Source of the DNA: Neoechinorhynchus agilis
Taxonomy: Eukaryota; Animalia; Acanthocephala
DNA: 64,000 nt
NCBI GenBank assembly: GCA_051530055.1
Contig: CM121341.1
Coordinates: 5,062,784-5,126,783 of the forward strand
Reading direction: 5' to 3'
Shown here: positions 57,902-64,000 of the stretch, one piece after another
Numbering within the stretch: the first letter of the stretch is position 1
Layout: the number at the start of each line of letters is the position of its first letter
The notes under the pieces: model-generated
Database searches by the model: none
The model's input: the letters and a program-made list of their open reading frames with translations, nothing else
What the model was told of the DNA's origin: nothing
Position numbers and translations under genes: made by a program

Positions 57902-58340
57902 GTGTCTGAAATGAGAGACGGAAGAATTCCACGCAAGTTCCGATTGAAGAGAGCAGCGCTACGAGCGGGGGAGATTGGATGAAAACGAACGAACGAACGA
58001 ACGGGTCTATATAGTGCCGAAGATCGGAAAGAATTCCAGTGTACAATGTTACACACACACACAATCCAAACGCTCACAGGATTCTGTAATGGAGGAAGAC
58101 CTGCCGTCCCAGTGACGTCACATGACAAATTTAGGATCAAATGACGCGAGCGCGCGGAATTTCCATGTCGGCGCACTGTTTAGCGAAAAATTAAGGGGTT
58201 TCGAAATGGGGATTTTTCAACCGACAACATAGAAAGTCACGAAATACGACGACGACGTAATCAAAGCCACAAAATAGAAAAAAAGAAGATCGTTTGCCAG
58301 TGTGTCGGTAAACGAAATTTTAAAAATGCGAGTCGGTGCG

Positions 58341-60262
58341 TTACGTCACAAAATTTGGCGATGAAATCCGGGGTGAAAAGAAAGAGATTTTTCTCCGTTT
58401 ATAAGCGGATCGATTATTGATGACGCATTTTTCTTCGATTTCATTACGTCACAAAATTTGGCGATGAAATTCGGGGTGAAAAGAAAGAGATTTTTCTCCG
58501 TTTATAAGCGGATCGATTATTGATGACGCATTTTTTTTGGATTTCGTTACGTCACAAAATTTGGCGATGAAATTCGGGGTGAAAAGAAAGAGATTTTTCT
58601 CCGTTTATAAGCGGATCGATTATTGATGACGCATTTTTCTTCGATTTCGTTACGTCACAAAATTTGGCGATGAAATTTGGGGTGAAAAGAAAGATTTTTC
58701 TCCGTTTATAAGCGGATCGATTATTGATGACGCATTTTTTTTGGATTTCGTTACGTCACAAAATTTGGCGATGAAATTTGGGGTGAAAAGAAAGAGATTT
58801 TTCTCCGTTTATAAGCGGATCGATTATTGATGACGCATTTTTCTTCGATTTCGTTACGTCACAAAATTTGGCGATGAAATTTGGGGTGAAAAGAAAGAGA
58901 TTTTTCTCCGTTTATAAGCGGATCGATTATTGATGACGCATTTTTTTTGGATTTCGTTACGTCACAAAATTTGGCGATGAAATTCGGGTGAAAAGAAAGA
59001 GATTTTTCTCCGTTTATAAGCGGATCGATTATTGATGACGCATTTTTTTTGGATTTCGTTACGTCACAAAATTTGGCGATGAAATTCGGGGAAAAGAAAG
59101 AGATTTTTCTCCGTTTATAAGCGGATCGATTATTGATGACGCATTTTTCTTCGATTTCATTACGTCACAAAATTTGGCGATGAAATTCGGGGAAAAGAAA
59201 GAGATTTTTCTCCGTTTATAAGCGGATCGATTATTGATGACGCATTTTTCTTCGATTTCGTTACGTCACAAAATTCGGCGATGAAATTCGGGGAAAAGAA
59301 AGAGATTTTTCTCCGTTTATAAGCGGATCGATTATTGATGACGCATTTTTTTTGGATTTCGTTACGTCACTAAATTTGGCGATGAAATTCGGGTGAAAAG
59401 AAAGAGATTTTTCTCCGTTTATAAGCGGATCGATTATTGATGACGCATTTTTCTTCGATTTCGTTACGTCACAAAATTTGGCGATGAAATTCGGGGAAAA
59501 GAAAGAGATTTTTCTCCGTTTATAAGCGGATCGATTATTGATGACGCATTTTTTTTGGATTTCGTTACGTCACAAAATTCGGCGATGAAATTTGGGGTGA
59601 AAAGAAAGAGATTTTTCTCCGTTTATAAGCGGATCGATTATTGATGACGCATTTTTCTTGGATTTCGTTACGTCACTAAATTCGGCGATGAAATTTGGGG
59701 TGAAAAGAAAGATTTTTCTCCGTTTATAAGCGGATCGATTATTGATGACGCATTTTTTTGGATTTCGTTACGTCACAAAATTCGGCGATGAAATTTGGGG
59801 TGAAAAGAAAGAGATTTTTCTCCGTTTATAAGCGGATCGATTATTGATGACGCATTTTTTTTGATTTCGTTACGTCACAAAATTTGGCGATGAAATTTGG
59901 GGTGAAAAGAAAGAGATTTTTCTCCGTTTATAAGCGGATCGATTATTGATGACGCATTTTTTTTGGATTTCGTTACGTCACAAAATTTGGCGATGAAATT
60001 CGGGGTGAAAAGAAAGAGATTTTTCTCCGTTTATAAGCGGATCGATTATTGATGACGCATTTTTTTTGGATTTCATTACGTCACAAAATTTTGCGATGAA
60101 ATTTGGGGTGAAAAGAAAGAGACTTTTCTCCGTTTATAAGCGGATCGATTATTGATGACGCATTTTTTTTGGATTTCGTTACGTCACAAAATTCGGCGAT
60201 GAAATTTGGGTGAAAAGAGGGTGATTTTTCTCCGTTTATAAGCGGATCGATTATTGATGACT
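58341..60262. repeat. Tandem repeat, about 103-bp unit, about 19 copies
   Basis: ttacgtcacaaaatttggcgatg...tgatgacgcattt recurs at 58341, 58444, etc. Confidence 0.95.
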
Positions 60263-60620
60263 CCCAATGTTTTCGATACCTGCATACGATGATGTTTTTG
60301 TTCCAAGATAAGATTACGTCTTTAGAAAAGAGAGGGTTTTCGCCGAGAGATTCTTTAGTTGAAGGAAACGAAGACTGGAATGGTGAGGGCATTGGAAGGA
60401 GGACCGCGCCATTTCGGCCTCTCGATCTTTAATTGCGGCCGCCTGTCAAACAAAAAACTCGATTAACGATCCCGTTTTAGTTCGGGATTGGATCTCGGAG
60501 TCTTTTTCAATCGTGTTAACGGTGTGTGAGTGTTCGTTTTATACACTCGTTTGTTAAGTTTTGACGTCAAATGTTTACGGCCGATTTTCCACATAAAAAC
60601 AATCGAAGAGTTTTTGGAAG

Positions 60621-60902
60621 TTAAGGATTACATTCCTGTTGGATGCTTTCACATAATTCCGTTTTCCTTTGGTCCGATAAATTATCCATCGTTTCCTCGA
60701 TGAGAAGAAGTCCACACGAGCCAATCTCATCACTTTTAACGTCTTTACAAATCTGACAAACAATGAGACCTAAGCTTTCATCGGCACGATCATCAGAGAT
60801 CTCGTGGATGGCAAGAATGTAGATAACGAACGATTTTAAAATTAGAACTGATCGCCTGTTGTCCGTCCATTCGAGTATTGGCCTCATCATCGATCTTCGC
60901 AT
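60621..60902 (-). CDS. Possible exon of an unidentified gene
   Basis: 93-codon ORF with helical-protein-like composition between two satellites; no family recognised. Confidence 0.3.
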   Translation of the reverse strand: MRRSMMRPILEWTDNRRSVLILKSFVIYILAIHEISDDRADESLGLIVCQICKDVKSDEIGSCGLLLIEETMDNLSDQRKTELCESIQQECNP

Positions 60903-61084
60903 TCAATCAGCTGAGTCGATTTTCCAGAGCGGTGGTGTGAATGATTTCATGACATTTATAATAAGTATCCAATTTGAGAAAAAAAAGAAACGCTTGAAAA
61001 TTTAAATATCGGTCTCAATAAATTACTTCAATTTTTTGCAAAACATTAAAACCCTGTTGATTGTGGAATTCATTGATTTTTTCC

Positions 61085-63560
61085 AAAAAGCAAAAAAAAC
61101 CAATCCCTTTGGAGAATATTGGAAATCCGAGGAGGTATTAGAACCTACGCAAAAATAATTCGTCTTTTTCCCGTTCTAAAAACGCTTAGAGAGAAAATAC
61201 TTCCATTTTTGATTGATTTCTTAAATTTCGTCGGATAATCGTTCTATATTTTTAAGCAAAAAACCCAATCCCTTTGGAGAATATTGGAAATCCGAGGGGT
61301 ATTAGAACCTACGCAAAAATAAATCGTCTTTTTCCCGTTCTAAAAACGCTTAGAGAGAAAATACTTCCATTTTATTGATTTCTTAAATTTCGTCGGATAA
61401 TCATTCTATATTTTTAAGCAAAAAACCCAATCCCTTTGGAGAATATTGGAAATCCGAGGAGGTATTAGAACCTACGCAAAAATAAATCGTCTTTTTCCCG
61501 TTCTAAAAACGCTTAGAGAGAAAATACTTCCATTTTTGATTGATTTCTTAAATTTCGTCGGATAATCGTTCTATATTTTTAAGCAAAAAAACCCAATCCC
61601 TTTGGAGAATATTGGAAATCCGAGAGGTATTAGAACCTACGCAAAAATAATGTCTTTTTCCCGTTCTAAAAACTTAGAGAGAAAATACTTCCATTTTGAT
61701 TGATTTCTTAAATTTCGTCGGATAATCGTTCTATATTTTTAAGCAAAAACCCAATCCCTTTGGAGAATATTGAAATCCGAGGATATTAGAACCTACGCAA
61801 AAATAAATCGTCTTTTTCCGTTCTAAAAACGCTTAGAGAGAAAATACTTCCATTTTTGATTGATTTCTTAAATTTCGTCGGATAATCGTTCTATATTTTT
61901 AAGCAAAAAACCCAATCCCTTTGGAGAATATTGGAAATCCGAGGAGGTATTAGAACCTACGCAAAAATAATTCGTCTTTTTCCCGTTCTAAAACGCTTAG
62001 AGAGAAATACTTCCATTTTTGATTGATTTCTTAAATGTCGGATAATCGTTCTATATTTTTAAGCAAAAAACCCAATCCCTTTGGAGAATATTGGAAATCC
62101 GAGGAGGTATTAGAACCTACGCAAAATAATTCGTCTTTTTCCCGTTCTAAAAACGCTTAGAGAGAAAATACTTCCATTTTTGATTGATTTCTTAAATTTC
62201 GTCGGATAATCGTTCTATATTTTTAAGCAAAAAACCCATCCCTTTGGAGAATATTGAAACCGAGGAGGTATTAGAACCTACGCAAAAATAAATCGCTTTT
62301 TCCCGTTCTAACGCTTAGAGAGAAAATACTTCCTTGATTGATTTTAAATTTCGTCGGATAATCGTTCTATATTTTTAAGCAAAAAACCCAATCCCTTTGG
62401 AGAATATTGAAATCCGAGGAGGTATTAGAACCTACGCAAAAATAAATCGTCTTTTTCCCGTTCTAAAAACGCTTAGAGAGAAAATACTTCCATTTTTGAT
62501 TGATTTCTTAAATTTCGTCGGATAATCGTTCTATATTTTTAAGCAAAAAAACCCAATCCCTTTGGAGAATATTGGAAATCCGAGGAGGTATTAGAACCTA
62601 CGCAAAAATAAATCGTCTTTTTCCCGTTCTAAAAACGCTTAGAGAGAAAATACTTCCATTTTTGATTGATTTCTTAAATTTCGTCGGATAATCGTTCTAT
62701 ATTTTTAAGCAAAAAAACCCAATCCCTTTGGAGAATATTGGAAATCCGAGGAGGTATTAGAACCTACGCAAAAATAAATCGTCTTTTTCCCGTTCTAAAA
62801 ACGCTTAGAGAGAAAATACTTCCATTTTTGATTGATTTCTTAAATTTCGTCGGATAATCGTTCTATATTTTTAAGCAAAAAAACCCAATCCCTTTGGAGA
62901 ATATTGGAAATCCGAGGAGGTATTAGAACCTACGCAAAAATAAATCGTCTTTTTCCCGTTCTAAAAACGCTTAGAGAGAAAATACTTCCATTTTTGATTG
63001 ATTTCTTAAATTTCGTCGGATAATCGTTCTATATTTTTAAGCAAAAAAACCCAATCCCTTTGGAGAATATTGGAAATCCGAGGAGGTATTAGAACCTACG
63101 CAAAAATAAATCGTCTTTTTCCCGTTCTAAAAACGCTTAGAGAGAAAATACTTCCATTTTTGATTGATTTCTTAAATTTCGTCGGATAATCGTTCTATAT
63201 TTTTAAGCAAAAAAACCCAATCCCTTTGGAGAATATTGGAAATCCGAGGAGGTATTAGAACCTACGCAAAAATAATTCGTCTTTTTCCCGTTCTAAAAAC
63301 GCTTAGAGAGAAAATACTTCCATTTTTGATTGATTTCTTAAATTTCGTCGGATAATCATTCTATATTTTTAAGCAAAAAAACCCAATCCCTTTGGAGAAT
63401 ATTGGAAATCCGAGGAGGTATTAGAACCTACGCAAAAATAAATCGTCTTTTTCCCGTTCTAAAAACGCTTAGAGAGAAAATACTTCCATTTTTGATTGAT
63501 TTCTTAAATTTCGTCGGATAATCGTTCCATATTTTTAATCAAAAAAAAACAATCCGAGGA
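61085..63560. repeat. Tandem repeat, about 166-bp unit, about 15 copies
   Basis: aaaaaacccaatccctttggagaatattggaaatccgagg... recurs; middle copies have many single-base deletions. Confidence 0.95.
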
Positions 63561-63975
63561 AGCGTATATTCACCGACCTCCCCCCACGCCGCCAAATACT
63601 GATTGAACCCTTAAAGAACAAGGATTTAGCTTCGTTTCTAGACATGATGATACAATGACAAGTGTTAAGCAAATCGAACAATGTTTGTAGCTGGTACTCC
63701 GAGAACTTTAATCCATTAACAACCGCCTCTAATTCATCGATTTCGCAATGATGACCGAAGCACGACAACCAAGCAAGCGTAATTTGTAAAGATGGATCAT
63801 GAGGACGTTTTGGTGCCTTTATTAGTTTTGCTACCTTAACACATAAAGCTCTCAAGTTCGTAGATTGGCAGTAGATTCGAGTGATGACTTGAGTTGCATT
63901 TGGTTCCAGTGGGCATAATGCTGCTAATTGGAGACTGTGTATAGTAGATGTCGAATTTTCTTGGTCTTGGAGCAT
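63535..63975 (-). CDS. Exon of an unidentified gene entering from beyond the window end
   Basis: 146-codon ORF; candidate donor near 63600 leads into the satellite. Confidence 0.5.
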   Translation of the reverse strand: MLQDQENSTSTIHSLQLAALCPLEPNATQVITRIYCQSTNLRALCVKVAKLIKAPKRPHDPSLQITLAWLSCFGHHCEIDELEAVVNGLKFSEYQLQTLFDLLNTCHCIIMSRNEAKSLFFKGSISIWRRGGRSVNIRFLGLFFFD

Positions 63976-64000
63976 TGCAATAGCACAATTGGCCGCATTT

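Overview
Eukaryotic, AT-rich, gene-dense window from a compact animal genome. Most introns are about 30-55 nt; BAF, an Sp/btd-type zinc finger, an H3.3-like histone, cyclin L and CSN8 point to a metazoan, but the taxon cannot be determined. 1-11 kb is a minus-strand mosaic of a decayed CsRn1-type Gypsy LTR element and a CRE-clade (RT + restriction-like endonuclease) non-LTR element. It carries host-gene pieces: a forkhead fragment spliced into the CRE ORF, a fuller forkhead copy, and a probable BCCIP 5' end fused in frame to an integrase tail. 11-36 kb holds host genes: ceramide synthase, NOC4-like, Sp-like, a tail-anchored repeat protein, HSP70, an AT-hook protein, Tctex1 and cyclin L. It also holds a Penelope remnant with a hammerhead ribozyme, MITEs and satellites. 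37.1-50.9 kb is a palindrome of about 13.9 kb (arms about 5.8 kb) carrying two CSN8 copies and five copies of two related orphan families whose N-termini resemble a TFIIS-N/LEDGF-IBD helical domain. 51-64 kb holds BAF, a tRNA B-box satellite, TMEM33 (candidate non-canonical hairpin intron), an H3.3-like histone with a 17-aa Gly-rich tail insertion, and two more satellites. Scattered single-base deletions in some satellite copies suggest residual consensus errors, so frameshifts must be treated with caution. All family assignments are by eye from remembered motifs; no database search was run.
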